A stretch of 56,919 bases of DNA, taken from Pseudomonas phage Phipami28. Shown piece by piece: positions 1 to 9,858 of this stretch. The stretch's first letter is position 1; each line of letters starts with the position of its first letter. The stretch lies in sequence record PV029746.1; one strand, 5' to 3'. The translations under genes and the position numbers were made by a program. The notes under the pieces are model-generated. The model ran no database searches. It saw only the letters and a list, made by a program, of their open reading frames with translations, and was not told the origin of the DNA.

Positions 1-549
1 ATGGGCCGCAAGTCCAGCATCGACAAGCTGCCACCGGATGTGCGTTCGTTCATCGAGCGCTCCCTGCGCGAGAACCGCCTGACCCTGGACGAGCTGATCG
101 AGCAGCTGCAGGAGCGCTTCCCAGGCAAGGAAAAGCCCAGCCGCTCAGCAATCGGCCGATACAAGGTCAGCTTCGACGAGATGACCCGGCGCCTGCGCGA
201 GCAGCAAGCGATGGCCAGCCTGCTGGTTGAGGAATTGGGTGAGAACCCCGACGAGCGTGCAGGCGCGCTCCTGGTGCAGTCAATCACCACCTTGACGACC
301 CATGCGGCCTTCGCTGCGCAGACCGAGGACGAGGTCGACATCGAGGACGTCCGCAAGCTGGCTCGGGCAGCCAAGGATGTCCTGCAGGCCCGCAAAGCCA
401 GTATGGAGGAGCGCCGCCAGATCGAGCGCGAAGCCCGCGAGAAGCTGCTCCAGGAGCAGGAGCAGCGCTTGGAAGAGCAGCGTGGCAGCGACGGGATGAG
501 CGAGCAGCTCGAAAACCGAATCCGCGGCATCCTCCTGGGGAAAGCCTGA
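1..549 (+). CDS. Mu gp27-like DUF3486 protein (putative small terminase / packaging protein)
   Basis: 182 aa, charged coiled-coil C-terminus, immediately upstream of the large terminase. This is the position and size of Mu gp27 (DUF3486). Confidence 0.55.
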   Translation: MGRKSSIDKLPPDVRSFIERSLRENRLTLDELIEQLQERFPGKEKPSRSAIGRYKVSFDEMTRRLREQQAMASLLVEELGENPDERAGALLVQSITTLTTHAAFAAQTEDEVDIEDVRKLARAAKDVLQARKASMEERRQIEREAREKLLQEQEQRLEEQRGSDGMSEQLENRIRGILLGKA

Positions 550-550
550 C

Positions 551-2224
551 ATGGCCATGCGCGCAACCACTGCCGAGCTGGGTAAGAGGCTTACTGCGAC
601 CAGTGCCCCGCGTAAGATCGACCTGGCCGAGGAGATGGAGCTGCTCGGCGTCGACGTGCCGCAGGAAATCTCCGAAGCCCAGCCGGCCAATGAGCCCGTC
701 TTCCTGCCGTACCAGCAGCGCTGGTTCGAGGACGAGAGCCAGATCATGATCGCGGAGAAGTCCCGCCGTACCGGCCTGACCTGGGCCGAGGCCGGGCGCA
801 ACGTGATCAATGCCGCCAAGCCGCGGCGCCGAGGTGGCTGCAACACCTTCTACGTCGGCAGCAAGCAGGAGATGGCGTTGGAGTACATCGCCGCCTGTGC
901 TCTGTTCGCCCGTGCTTTCAACGAGCTGGCAGAGGCCGACGTCTACGAGCAGACCTTCTGGGACGAAGGGAAGAAGGAAGAGATCCTGACCTACATGATC
1001 CGCTTCCCGAAAACGGGGCGGAAAATCCAGGCCCTGAGCAGCCGGCCGAGTAACCTGCGCGGCCTGCAGGGCGACGTGGTGATCGATGAAGCAGCGTTCC
1101 ATGAGTCCCTGGAGGAGCTGCTGAAGGCCGCCCTGGCATTGACGATGTGGGGCAACAAGGTGCGCCTGATCAGCACTCACAACGGCGTCGACAACCCCTT
1201 CAACACCTACATCCAGGATGCCCGAGAGGGCCGGAAAGACTACAGCATCCACCGCATCACCCTCGATGACGCGATTGCTGAGGGACTGTACAAGCGCATC
1301 TGCTACGTCACGGGCCAGGCTTGGTCACCCGAGTCCGAGAAAGCCTGGCGTGATGGTCTGTACAAGAACGCCCCCAACATCGAGTCGGCCGAGGAAGAGT
1401 ACGGCTGCGTCCCGAAAAAGTCCGGCGGCGCCTACCTGTCGCGGGTGCTCATCGAGCAGGCGATGGTCGCCGACCACTCGATCCGCATTCACCGCTACGA
1501 GGCGCCGGCCGGCTTCGAGAGCTGGACGCCAGAGCTGCGAGAGGCGGAGGTTCGCACCTGGTGCGAAGAGAACCTCCTGCCAGAGTTGGCCCGCCTTAGC
1601 GACCAGGACCGCCACACCTTCGGCGAGGACTTCGCGCGCCGCGGCGACCTGACCGTCTTCACGCCTTTGGCGATCTCGCCGACCCTGCGCAAGCGCGTCC
1701 CCTTCCAGGTCGAGCTACGGAACCTCACCTACGAAGCTCAGCGCGACATCATGCGCTTCATCTGCGATCGCCTGCCGCGACTCAGTGGACTGGCCTTCGA
1801 CGCCACCGGCAACGGCGGCTACCTGGCCGAGCAGGCTGCGCTGAAGTACGGCGCCGGGATGGTCGACCAGGTGCAGCTCAACCTGGCCTGGTACGCCACC
1901 TGGATGCCGAAGCTCAAGGGCGAATTCGAGGCATTCAACCTGGAGATTCCGCGGCACCAGACCGAGCTGGATGACCTGCTCTCGATCAAGGTCGAGAAAG
2001 GCATCCCTGTCATCGACAAAGGCCGCACCAAGGACTTGGAGTCAGCCAGCGGCAAGGGCAAGCGTCACGGGGACGCCGCCATTTCCTTGGTCATGGCCGT
2101 CCGAGCCAGCTACATGGAGGGTGGCGAGATCGCCTTCACGGCGCTGCCACGCCATAGCCGCGGCTTCGACAACGTCCAGGACCACAACAACGATATCGAG
2201 CTACCGGAGCCTTCAGCATGGTGA
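551..2224 (+). CDS. Phage terminase large subunit (Mu gp28-like)
   Basis: 557 aa. Walker B-like VVIDEAAF motif and C-terminal nuclease-like region. Sits between the DUF3486 gene and the portal gene. Confidence 0.8.
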   Translation: MAMRATTAELGKRLTATSAPRKIDLAEEMELLGVDVPQEISEAQPANEPVFLPYQQRWFEDESQIMIAEKSRRTGLTWAEAGRNVINAAKPRRRGGCNTFYVGSKQEMALEYIAACALFARAFNELAEADVYEQTFWDEGKKEEILTYMIRFPKTGRKIQALSSRPSNLRGLQGDVVIDEAAFHESLEELLKAALALTMWGNKVRLISTHNGVDNPFNTYIQDAREGRKDYSIHRITLDDAIAEGLYKRICYVTGQAWSPESEKAWRDGLYKNAPNIESAEEEYGCVPKKSGGAYLSRVLIEQAMVADHSIRIHRYEAPAGFESWTPELREAEVRTWCEENLLPELARLSDQDRHTFGEDFARRGDLTVFTPLAISPTLRKRVPFQVELRNLTYEAQRDIMRFICDRLPRLSGLAFDATGNGGYLAEQAALKYGAGMVDQVQLNLAWYATWMPKLKGEFEAFNLEIPRHQTELDDLLSIKVEKGIPVIDKGRTKDLESASGKGKRHGDAAISLVMAVRASYMEGGEIAFTALPRHSRGFDNVQDHNNDIELPEPSAW

Positions 2225-3792
2225 CTATGACCCGGATTCTCGGCCCCGACGGCCAGCCGCTGCGCCTGAACGAGATCCGTGAGCCCCAGACCGCCCAACT
2301 GACCAGCCTGCACCATGAGGTCGCTGGTCACCCATCTCGTGGACTCACGCCTTCAAGGCTTGCCTCGCTCCTCGACTCCGCCGAGCAAGGTGACATCGTC
2401 GCCCAATATGAGCTGTTCGAAGATATGGAGGAGAAGGATGGCCATATCCACGCCGAGATGTCCAAGCGGCGCCGCGCGGTGGCTCAGTTGGACTGGGACA
2501 TCGTTCCACCCGACAACGCAACAGCTAAGGAGAAGGAAGCTGCGGCGGCCTTGTACAACCTCATGCAAGGTCTGGACGACTTTGAAGAGGTAATCTTCGA
2601 TACCACCGACGCCATCGGCAAGGGCTTCGCCTGCCAGGAGTTCGACGGCTGGCAACGCGTTGATGGTAACTGGCTCCCCAAGGCGATCATCCATCGCCCC
2701 CAGTCATGGTTCCAACTACCGCGAGGCGTTCGGCAAGAGATCCGGTTGCGTGGTCCGTCGGGAGGGACGCCGTTGCAACCCTTCGGTTGGATCACGCACG
2801 TTCACAAGTCCAAGAGCGGTTATCTGGAGCGCTCGGCTCTGTTCCGTGTCCTGGTCTGGCCCTACCTGTTCAAGAACTACTCGGTAGGCGACCTGGCCGA
2901 GTTTCTGGAGATCTACGGCATCCCCATGCGGGTCGGTAAATACCCGACCGGTGCCACCGAGAAAGAGAAGCTCACACTGCTGCGCGCCCTGGCCGCACTT
3001 GGGCACAACGCTGCCGGGATCATCCCTCTTGGCATGGAGCTGGATTTTCTGAACGCAGCCCAGGGCGATCCGGCCGCGTTCCAGTTGATGATCGAGTGGT
3101 GCGAACGAACTCAGTCAAAAGCCATCCTCGGTGGCACGTTGACCAGCCAAGCAGATGGAAAGACCTCCACCAACGCCCTGGGCAATGTCCACAACGAGGT
3201 ACGCAAGGACTTGCGGGACGCCGACGCGAAACTGTTGGCGAAAACACTCAGTCGTGACCTGGTCTACCCGATTGCCGTCCTGAATGGCCTTGTCGACAGT
3301 TGGGCACGCTGTCCCCGGCTGGTCTTCGACGTCCAGGAGGCCGAAGACCTCAGCGCCTACGCCACAGCTCTTCCACCATTGGTGAAGCTCGGGATGCAGA
3401 TCCCTCGCAGTTGGGCGCAACAGCGCCTGGCAATCCCGGAGCCAGCCGAGGGCGAGGAAGTGCTCGCGACCGTGACCGAGCCGGTCGTACCGCCGGCGCA
3501 GGTACCCACACGTGCCTTGGGAAAAGCGGTGGCCACCGCTGAGACACCTCCACCGAAGACCGCCGACCAGCAGTTGGATGACGCGCTCCGCCCGACCACC
3601 GACCGATGGATCGACCAAGTCCGTGCGCTGGTGCAGAGTGCATCCAGCCTGGATGAAATCCGTGATGGCCTGGAGCAACTGCTTCCGGACATGACCCTGG
3701 AACAGTACGCGGATGCGATGGCGCAGGCCCTGGCCGCTGCGGCGCTACAGGGGCGAGTCGAGATCCTGCAGGAGGTGGCCGGTGGCGCTTAG
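2218..3792 (+). CDS. Portal protein (Mu gp29-like, DUF935)
   Basis: 524 aa, follows TerL with a 7-nt overlap. Typical DUF935 portal size and position. Confidence 0.75.
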   Translation: MVTMTRILGPDGQPLRLNEIREPQTAQLTSLHHEVAGHPSRGLTPSRLASLLDSAEQGDIVAQYELFEDMEEKDGHIHAEMSKRRRAVAQLDWDIVPPDNATAKEKEAAAALYNLMQGLDDFEEVIFDTTDAIGKGFACQEFDGWQRVDGNWLPKAIIHRPQSWFQLPRGVRQEIRLRGPSGGTPLQPFGWITHVHKSKSGYLERSALFRVLVWPYLFKNYSVGDLAEFLEIYGIPMRVGKYPTGATEKEKLTLLRALAALGHNAAGIIPLGMELDFLNAAQGDPAAFQLMIEWCERTQSKAILGGTLTSQADGKTSTNALGNVHNEVRKDLRDADAKLLAKTLSRDLVYPIAVLNGLVDSWARCPRLVFDVQEAEDLSAYATALPPLVKLGMQIPRSWAQQRLAIPEPAEGEEVLATVTEPVVPPAQVPTRALGKAVATAETPPPKTADQQLDDALRPTTDRWIDQVRALVQSASSLDEIRDGLEQLLPDMTLEQYADAMAQALAAAALQGRVEILQEVAGGA

Positions 3793-5020
3793 AGCAACCT
3801 CACTGCCTTTCGCCGAGCAGAACCAGTTCTTCCGGCGCAAGCTCAATCTGCCGACCAACGCCTGGACGGACATCTACACCCGCGAGCATGACTATGCCTT
3901 CGTCGTCGCCGGCGCCAACCGCGACGACCTGGTGCAGGACTTCCGTCAGGCAGTGGAGAAGGCAATAGCCGATGGCACTACGCTGGAGGAGTTCCGCCGT
4001 GACTTCGACCGTATCGTCGCCAAGTACGGCTGGAGCTACCGGGGCGGGCGCAACTGGCGCAGTCGAGTGATCTACGAGACCAACATGCGCAGCAGCTACA
4101 TGGCCGGTCGCCTGGAGCAGCTCATGGCTGTGCGCGAGGAACGTCCTTACTGGCAATACCTGCACAGCGATGCGGTTGAGCATCCGAGACCGAAGCATGA
4201 GTCCTGGAATGGCCTGGTCCTGCGTTGGGACGATCCTTGGTGGCAATACCATTTCCCGATCAATGCCTGGGGATGCCAGTGCAGCGTGCGCGCGCTCAGC
4301 GAGGATGACCTACGCCGTATGGGCAAGGATGGCCCGGACGAGGCACCACCGATTGTGTGGCAGGCCCGGACCATCGGCCAGAACAGCCCAGACGGGCCGC
4401 GAGTGGTCGAAGTACCAGAAGGCATCGATCCCGGCTTCGAGTACATGCCGGGCCAAGCCAGACTGGACACTGCGGTGCCTCAGCCTCGCAATGGCGGGCC
4501 TACGCCTCCGGCCGGTCTACCAAGCACTCCGGCTTCTGACCCGCTGCCTGCGCCTCGTCCTGTTCCGACCAACCAGTTGCTGGACCAGGACATGCTCGAT
4601 GCCGACGCGATCAAACGCTTCCTGCGGCCGTTCGGCGCGACCCTGGATAGGCCGGCCGTCTTCCAGGATGTAGTCGGCCAGCGCGTAGTGGTGGGGCGCG
4701 AGATGTTTGCCAGCCGAGTCGGCGGTGATCTGCTAGTAGCGGAATCCGGCATGTCGAAGAAGTGGTTGATGCTGGCGGCTGAAGCACTGCGGCGTCCGGC
4801 AGAGATATGGGTACGGCTGGATTGGGTCGAATCTCTGAAAAAGGCTGTGGTCCGTCGACGTTACCTGGCCAGCCTGCAGGTAAGCGGCGAAGCGGCTCCC
4901 GTCCAGGTTGTTGTCGAGCTGGACGCCAACGGCTGGGCAGCGAGCGCCGCGGTCGTCCAGCCAGGGCAGCAACCGCTGGCACCATATCGCCAAGGTGTTC
5001 GGCTGTACCAGGAGGCGTGA
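3713..5020 (+). CDS. Head morphogenesis protein (Mu F / SPP1 gp7 family)
   Basis: Contains the NWRSRVIYETNMRSSYMAGR core typical of Mu F-like proteins. Start is ambiguous: the listed ATG overlaps the portal gene by 80 nt, and an in-frame GTG at 3776 lies just after AGGAGG. Confidence 0.7.
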   Translation: MRWRRPWPLRRYRGESRSCRRWPVALRATSLPFAEQNQFFRRKLNLPTNAWTDIYTREHDYAFVVAGANRDDLVQDFRQAVEKAIADGTTLEEFRRDFDRIVAKYGWSYRGGRNWRSRVIYETNMRSSYMAGRLEQLMAVREERPYWQYLHSDAVEHPRPKHESWNGLVLRWDDPWWQYHFPINAWGCQCSVRALSEDDLRRMGKDGPDEAPPIVWQARTIGQNSPDGPRVVEVPEGIDPGFEYMPGQARLDTAVPQPRNGGPTPPAGLPSTPASDPLPAPRPVPTNQLLDQDMLDADAIKRFLRPFGATLDRPAVFQDVVGQRVVVGREMFASRVGGDLLVAESGMSKKWLMLAAEALRRPAEIWVRLDWVESLKKAVVRRRYLASLQVSGEAAPVQVVVELDANGWAASAAVVQPGQQPLAPYRQGVRLYQEA

Positions 5021-5021
5021 C

Positions 5022-5597
5022 GTGGCTGGAGTAACCCTTGAATACAGCAGTGAGAAGGTACTTGAGGCGCTGAGGGCAGCCGCTGATCTCATGCGCTCCC
5101 CGGCCCCGATATTCCGTGATATGGGCGAGTACATGCTCATCGCCCTGGACGAACGCTTCGAGAGCCAGAGCGCACCTGACGGTACGCCTTGGCAGGCGTT
5201 GTCCCCGACCTATCAGCGGCGAAAGCGGAAGAACCAGGACAAGATCCTGGTGCTCGATGGCTATCTGAAAAACACCATCCGATATCAGGCCAGCGACGAC
5301 GAACTGGCGGTCGGGTCCAACCGTGCCTATGCAGCGATTCATCAATTCGGTGGTGAAATACAGATTGCGGCTCGCAGCCAGCAAGCGTATTTCCGGCATG
5401 ACGCCAAGACCAACGAGGTCAGCCCCCAGTTCGTGAACAGACGTCGGGCGAACTTCTCTCAGTGGGTGTCCCTCGGTCCCTACACTATCAAGATCCCGGC
5501 TCGGCCGTGGCTAGGCACCAGCAACCGCGACGATGACGAGTTGCTAGCGATCGCACAGAAGCACCTCGATCGAGCGCTTTCCGGGAAAAGCTCCTGA
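5022..5597 (+). CDS. Virion morphogenesis protein (Mu G-like)
   Basis: Conserved position after the F-like gene. GTG start at 5022 preceded by cAGGAGG (5009-5015). The ORF track's earlier start at 4908 overlaps the F-like gene. Confidence 0.55.
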   Translation: MAGVTLEYSSEKVLEALRAAADLMRSPAPIFRDMGEYMLIALDERFESQSAPDGTPWQALSPTYQRRKRKNQDKILVLDGYLKNTIRYQASDDELAVGSNRAYAAIHQFGGEIQIAARSQQAYFRHDAKTNEVSPQFVNRRRANFSQWVSLGPYTIKIPARPWLGTSNRDDDELLAIAQKHLDRALSGKSS

Positions 5598-5807
5598 GCG
5601 CGCCAAGAAGGCCTTTCATGGTTCATTTGGCTGCCGTGGTTCCACTCCAATGCGGATCGGCGCAGCAACGGCGTTTATAAATCGATTTGAAGAGGGTTCC
5701 TCTTAGTGGCTCAGGTAGAAATTGCCTGAGCCACCAGAATTTCCGCTTCGCACGATTTTCGCCCCTTCCAAAAGACAGCTTAAGTGTCTGGCGCACAGAG
5801 TGGCGCC

Positions 5808-6917
5808 ATGAAAACGAAGCCCCTTCTCGCCGCCATAGCTCTCGCCGCCTGCAGCTTCGATATACAGGCGCCGACCGAGGGCAATCTCATCACCCTGCAG
5901 GTAACCCCGGCCGGGCAGTTCAAGCCGCGCGACAACCGGGAAATGAAAGTCCCCGCCTGGAATATTGACGCTGCGTTGGCAGCGGCTGTCGTGCAGCGGT
6001 TCGCGGCAAAGAAAACGCCTCCGGTGCTCGACTACGAGCACCAGACCCTGTGGAAAGAGGAAAACGGGCAGCCGGCACCCGCTGCTGGCTTCTTCCGCGC
6101 CCTGGAGTGGCGTGAGGGCCAGGGCTTGTTCGCCCAAGTCGAGCTAACCGCCCGTGCAAAGCAGTACATCACCGATGGCGAGTATCGCTATTTCAGCCCT
6201 GTCTTCCTGTTCGACCCCGTGACGGGTGACGTCCTGGACCTTCAGATGGGAGCGCTCACCAACAACCCGGCTATCGACGGCATGCAAGCCCTAAGCGAGC
6301 GCGCTGCAGCCACTTTCCAACTGACCATCGATCCATCCAACGAGGAACCGCTCGTGAATCCACTGCTGAAAGCGGTGCTTGCCGCACTCGGCCTGGCCGA
6401 GAACACCACCGAGGAGCAGGCCATCGCCGCGCTCTCCGCCCATACCACTGACCTGGCCTCGATGCGCAAGCAGCTGGGCCTCGACGACACTGCTGCCTGC
6501 AGCGCCATGCTTGCAGCCTGCACTGGGCTGAAAGCCAAGGCAGCGACCGCAGTAGATCCGGCCAAGCATGTTCCCGTTACCGTCGTCGATGAGCTGAAGA
6601 GCGAGATCGCGGCGCTGACCATCCGACTCGGCCAACGCGACGAGAAGGAACTGGATGCCGAGATCGCGACTGCACTGGAAGACGGCCGGCTGCACAAGAG
6701 CATGGAAAAGTGGGCTCGGGAGTTGGGCAAGGAAAACCGTGCCTCTCTTACTGCGTACCTTTCCGCTGCACAGCCGATCGCTGCACTGTCCGGCTCGCAG
6801 ACTCGGGGCCAGCCTCCGGTACCGGACGAGAAAACCGGGCTGACGGCCGACGAACTGGCCGTATGCACGGCCATGGGTATCACCATTGAGGCCTTCAAGG
6901 CCGCGAAGGAGGCCTGA
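5808..6917 (+). CDS. Prohead protease/scaffold protein (Mu I-like)
   Basis: N-terminal region with LDYEHQ and YRYFSPVF motifs typical of Mu I protease, and an Ala/Glu-rich scaffold-like C-terminus. Alternative GTG start at 5784. Confidence 0.65.
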   Translation: MKTKPLLAAIALAACSFDIQAPTEGNLITLQVTPAGQFKPRDNREMKVPAWNIDAALAAAVVQRFAAKKTPPVLDYEHQTLWKEENGQPAPAAGFFRALEWREGQGLFAQVELTARAKQYITDGEYRYFSPVFLFDPVTGDVLDLQMGALTNNPAIDGMQALSERAAATFQLTIDPSNEEPLVNPLLKAVLAALGLAENTTEEQAIAALSAHTTDLASMRKQLGLDDTAACSAMLAACTGLKAKAATAVDPAKHVPVTVVDELKSEIAALTIRLGQRDEKELDAEIATALEDGRLHKSMEKWARELGKENRASLTAYLSAAQPIAALSGSQTRGQPPVPDEKTGLTADELAVCTAMGITIEAFKAAKEA

Positions 6918-6922
6918 GCATC

Positions 6923-7327
6923 ATGGCCCTGACCAAAGACCGCAACACCCCACGCCGCGACGGCATGCAGTTCAACGACCCGGTGGCGGCCAACGCCAAG
7001 ATCTTTGCCGGCAGCCTGGTGTGTCTCGACGCTTCGGGCAACGCCGTACCAGGAGCGCTGTCGACCACCATTGCGGCGCGCGGTATCGCCCAGGAGCAGG
7101 TCGACAACACCGGTGGCGCCGCCGGCGCCAAGCGTATCGAAACCCGCCGGGGTGTATTCCAGCTCGCCAACAGTGCCTCGGCCGACCAGATCACCCGCGC
7201 CGACATCGGCAAGGAGTGCTTCATCGTCGACGATCAGACGGTCGCCAAGACCTCTGCCACTGACACCCGCTCGGTTGCCGGCGTCGTCCGCGATGTGGAT
7301 GACGGCGGTGTCTGGGTAGAGATCTAA
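6923..7327 (+). CDS. Conserved phage head-region protein (function unknown; possible decoration/scaffold)
   Basis: 134 aa ORF tightly packed between the I-like and T-like genes, with an RBS-like AGGAGG-type context. Confidence 0.4.
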   Translation: MALTKDRNTPRRDGMQFNDPVAANAKIFAGSLVCLDASGNAVPGALSTTIAARGIAQEQVDNTGGAAGAKRIETRRGVFQLANSASADQITRADIGKECFIVDDQTVAKTSATDTRSVAGVVRDVDDGGVWVEI

Positions 7328-7341
7328 GGAGCAGCATTCAG

Positions 7342-8238
7342 ATGATTATCAACCAGCAAAACCTGCGGAACCTCTTCATCGGTTACCGCGCGGCGTTCCA
7401 GAATGCCTTCGCAGGTGTTCAGCCTGACTTCAACCAGTTCGTGCTGACCGTGACGTCCGGTAATGCCTCCGAGCAGTATGGGTGGCTCGGTAACTCGACC
7501 GCGTTCCGGGAATGGCTCGGCGACCGAGTGATCCAGAACTTGGGCGTGCACGACTACACCATCAAGAACAAGACCTTCGAGAACACCGTAGGTGTTCCTC
7601 GCGAGAGCATCGAAGACGACAGCTACGGGCTGTTCACCCCCTTGATGGGGCAATTGGGCCAGGACTCCGCGATGCACCCGGCGGAACTCGTCTACGCGCT
7701 GCTCAGTGGTGGTTTCACTCAAACCTGCTACGACGGCCAGTACTTCTTCGACACCGACCACCCGGTAACTAGCGCGGCTGGCAACGAGGTTTCCGTCAGC
7801 AACTTCCAGGGCGGCAGCGGCACACCGTGGTTCCTGCTCGACACCACGCGAATCATGAAGCCGCTGATCCTACAGAAGCGGAAGGACTACAACTTCGTGA
7901 CCATGGACGCCGAGAAAGACGAAAACGTCTTCATGCGTAAGGAGTACGTATACGGCGTTGACGCGCGCTTGAATGCCGGTTTCGGGTTGTGGCAGCTCGC
8001 CTACTCCTCCAGGGAAGCGCTGGATGCGAGCAGCTTCAACGATGTCTACGCGGCGATGCAGAGTTTGCGTGGAGATAAGGGCAAACGACTCGGTATCCGA
8101 CCGAAGCTCCTGGTCGTTCCGCCATCGCTGCGCAGCCAGGCGTTGGAAGTGGTCAAGGCCGAACGCAATGCGGCTGGAGCCACCAATATCAACCGCGACG
8201 TGGTGGACGTGCTTGTCACCCCGTGGCTGGCGGCCTGA
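7342..8238 (+). CDS. Major head subunit (Mu T-like)
   Basis: 298 aa. AGGAGCAGCATTCAGATG start context. Position after protease/scaffold. Size matches Mu gpT. Confidence 0.75.
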   Translation: MIINQQNLRNLFIGYRAAFQNAFAGVQPDFNQFVLTVTSGNASEQYGWLGNSTAFREWLGDRVIQNLGVHDYTIKNKTFENTVGVPRESIEDDSYGLFTPLMGQLGQDSAMHPAELVYALLSGGFTQTCYDGQYFFDTDHPVTSAAGNEVSVSNFQGGSGTPWFLLDTTRIMKPLILQKRKDYNFVTMDAEKDENVFMRKEYVYGVDARLNAGFGLWQLAYSSREALDASSFNDVYAAMQSLRGDKGKRLGIRPKLLVVPPSLRSQALEVVKAERNAAGATNINRDVVDVLVTPWLAA

Positions 8239-8250
8239 CGGAGGTGTGCA

Positions 8251-8685
8251 ATGGCAGGTAAGAAAAGAACTGCAGATCAACCCGAGGAGCGGTCCGGCGT
8301 AGCAGTAAGCGCGGACACAGGCCTGTCTACTGGTGATTTCACTTCTCCGCCTGGGGTTTCCGCCGGTCCCCAGGTTGTGGAGCAGCCAGGGGAGACCATT
8401 GCTCAGGATGCCCAGCTCGGCCAGCAGAGCGGAGACGCTGCTCCGTCGCCTGACGCGGCTCTGCAGCCAATGGCCAGCGCCAAGGGAGCGGCAGGTGAGG
8501 ACGAGGTAGAAGCACTGTTCGTCCGTTCCGTACCGGATAGCTTCCGGCGCTGTGGCCATCGCTTCACGCGAGAAGGCCACGGCATTGCACTCTCGCTGTT
8601 GAGCGACGCCCAGGTCGATGCACTGCTCAATGATCCGAATCTGGTCGTCGAGCACTGCTCGTTTGCACTGAAGGATGTGAGCTGA
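8251..8685 (+). CDS. Hypothetical phage head-region protein
   Basis: 144 aa. Disordered Ala/Pro/Gln-rich N-terminal half, structured C-terminal ~60 aa. Confidence 0.35.
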   Translation: MAGKKRTADQPEERSGVAVSADTGLSTGDFTSPPGVSAGPQVVEQPGETIAQDAQLGQQSGDAAPSPDAALQPMASAKGAAGEDEVEALFVRSVPDSFRRCGHRFTREGHGIALSLLSDAQVDALLNDPNLVVEHCSFALKDVS

Positions 8686-8687
8686 CC

Positions 8688-9203
8688 ATGGACTACATCA
8701 CTCTCGTCCACCTCGCTGAACGTCCTGGTGCAAAGGAGCTGGCTCAAGTCGCCACCGCCCAGCACCTGAAGATCGTCGATTCCGCGCTCCTCGATGCCGC
8801 GTTGCGTGGTGGAGATCTGAGTGCCTGGACGCCGGAGCAGGTGGCGGGGGTTGATCTCGTCCTGGAGCGAATCACCGAGGCCATGACCGAGGCCGAAAGC
8901 ATCGTCAATGGTTACCTGGCCAAGCGAGGCTACGGCCTGCCGCTGAGTCCGGTGCCTGGCCTGGTTACCGGCTGGGTGCGCGACATCGGTCGCTACCTGC
9001 TGCACAAGGACCGAATCTCAGACGACAAGGACGCCATCCTGCGCAACTACAAGGATGCCTTGAAGTTCCTGCAGATGGTCGCCGACGGCACGTTCAGTCT
9101 CGGCGCCGAGGATCCGATCGCCAACAATCCCATGTTGGCCGATGTTCGCTTCGATGCCGACGAGAACGTATTCAATCGCCAGCAGCTGAGGAGCTTCCGG
9201 TGA
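8688..9203 (+). CDS. Mu gp36-like protein (DUF1320, head-tail joining region)
   Basis: 171 aa, conserved position between the major head and tail genes. Assignment from memory of DUF1320. Confidence 0.45.
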   Translation: MDYITLVHLAERPGAKELAQVATAQHLKIVDSALLDAALRGGDLSAWTPEQVAGVDLVLERITEAMTEAESIVNGYLAKRGYGLPLSPVPGLVTGWVRDIGRYLLHKDRISDDKDAILRNYKDALKFLQMVADGTFSLGAEDPIANNPMLADVRFDADENVFNRQQLRSFR

Positions 9204-9652
9204 GCAACGCTCCTTTCGATCACCGTCTGGTCATCGAGCGCCTCACCGCTACGGTGCCGGCGTTGCGACTGATCGGCACGGCAGCGGACTTCGGAGCAGT
9301 TAAGGCGCTGCGGGACTATCCAACGCCGGCCGCCTATGTGCTGCTCGCCGAGGAAAGCGGTGAGCCGCGACCAACCGGCAATAGCGGTGGGCCCGCCCGG
9401 CAGCGCGTCGGCGCGCTGTTCGGCGTTGTGCTGGCCGTCCGCAGCTACCGATACGACCAGTTGGCCGATGCGGCCGACGATCTCCAGTCGATTCTCGACC
9501 AGGTTCGCGGCGCGATGGTGGGCTGGGTACCCAGTTTGCCCTTGGCCAGGGGAACCCAGTTCGTTACCGGCAAGGTGCTGGACTCTGACGACACCACGCT
9601 CCTCTGGGGCGAGATCTATTCCACTCAACACGCCATCGGGAGAGACCCATGA
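9200..9652 (+). CDS. Mu gp37-like virion protein (DUF1834-like)
   Basis: 150 aa, 4-nt overlap with the upstream gene. Confidence 0.4.
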   Translation: MSNAPFDHRLVIERLTATVPALRLIGTAADFGAVKALRDYPTPAAYVLLAEESGEPRPTGNSGGPARQRVGALFGVVLAVRSYRYDQLADAADDLQSILDQVRGAMVGWVPSLPLARGTQFVTGKVLDSDDTTLLWGEIYSTQHAIGRDP

Positions 9653-9852
9653 GCACCAAGCAAGTCGCCGATACCGCTGAAGTGAAGCGGGAGAAGGTCA
9701 TTCTGATCGCTGATCACACCCATGGTGAACAGAAGTGCAAGACGGGTGATGAGATCAGTGTCACCAGCATCGAGAAAGAATGGTTGATTCGCCACAAGCG
9801 CATTGCTGCGCCGGCCGATCAGGCCGCTGCCGCCGGCAAGGCAAAGGAGTAA
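9649..9852 (+). CDS. Small hypothetical phage protein
   Basis: 67 aa ORF, translationally coupled (ATGA overlap) to the upstream gene. Confidence 0.3.
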   Translation: MSTKQVADTAEVKREKVILIADHTHGEQKCKTGDEISVTSIEKEWLIRHKRIAAPADQAAAAGKAKE

Positions 9853-9858
9853 CCCCTC

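Noticed and set aside
284-1252. Long antisense ORFs (e.g. 284-1252 -, 13686-14591 -, 19805-20659 -, 24560-25558 -, 36362-37456 -, 48189-48647 -)
   Set aside because: These are typical spurious open frames on the opposite strand of high-GC genes. They have Arg/Pro/Ala-biased composition and overlap well-supported genes.
5598-5807. Possible anti-CRISPR/aca operon at the G-I hotspot
   Set aside because: The gap is only ~210 bp. The small ORFs there (5687-5968 +, 5480-5668 -) overlap the flanking genes and have no HTH or Acr-like features.
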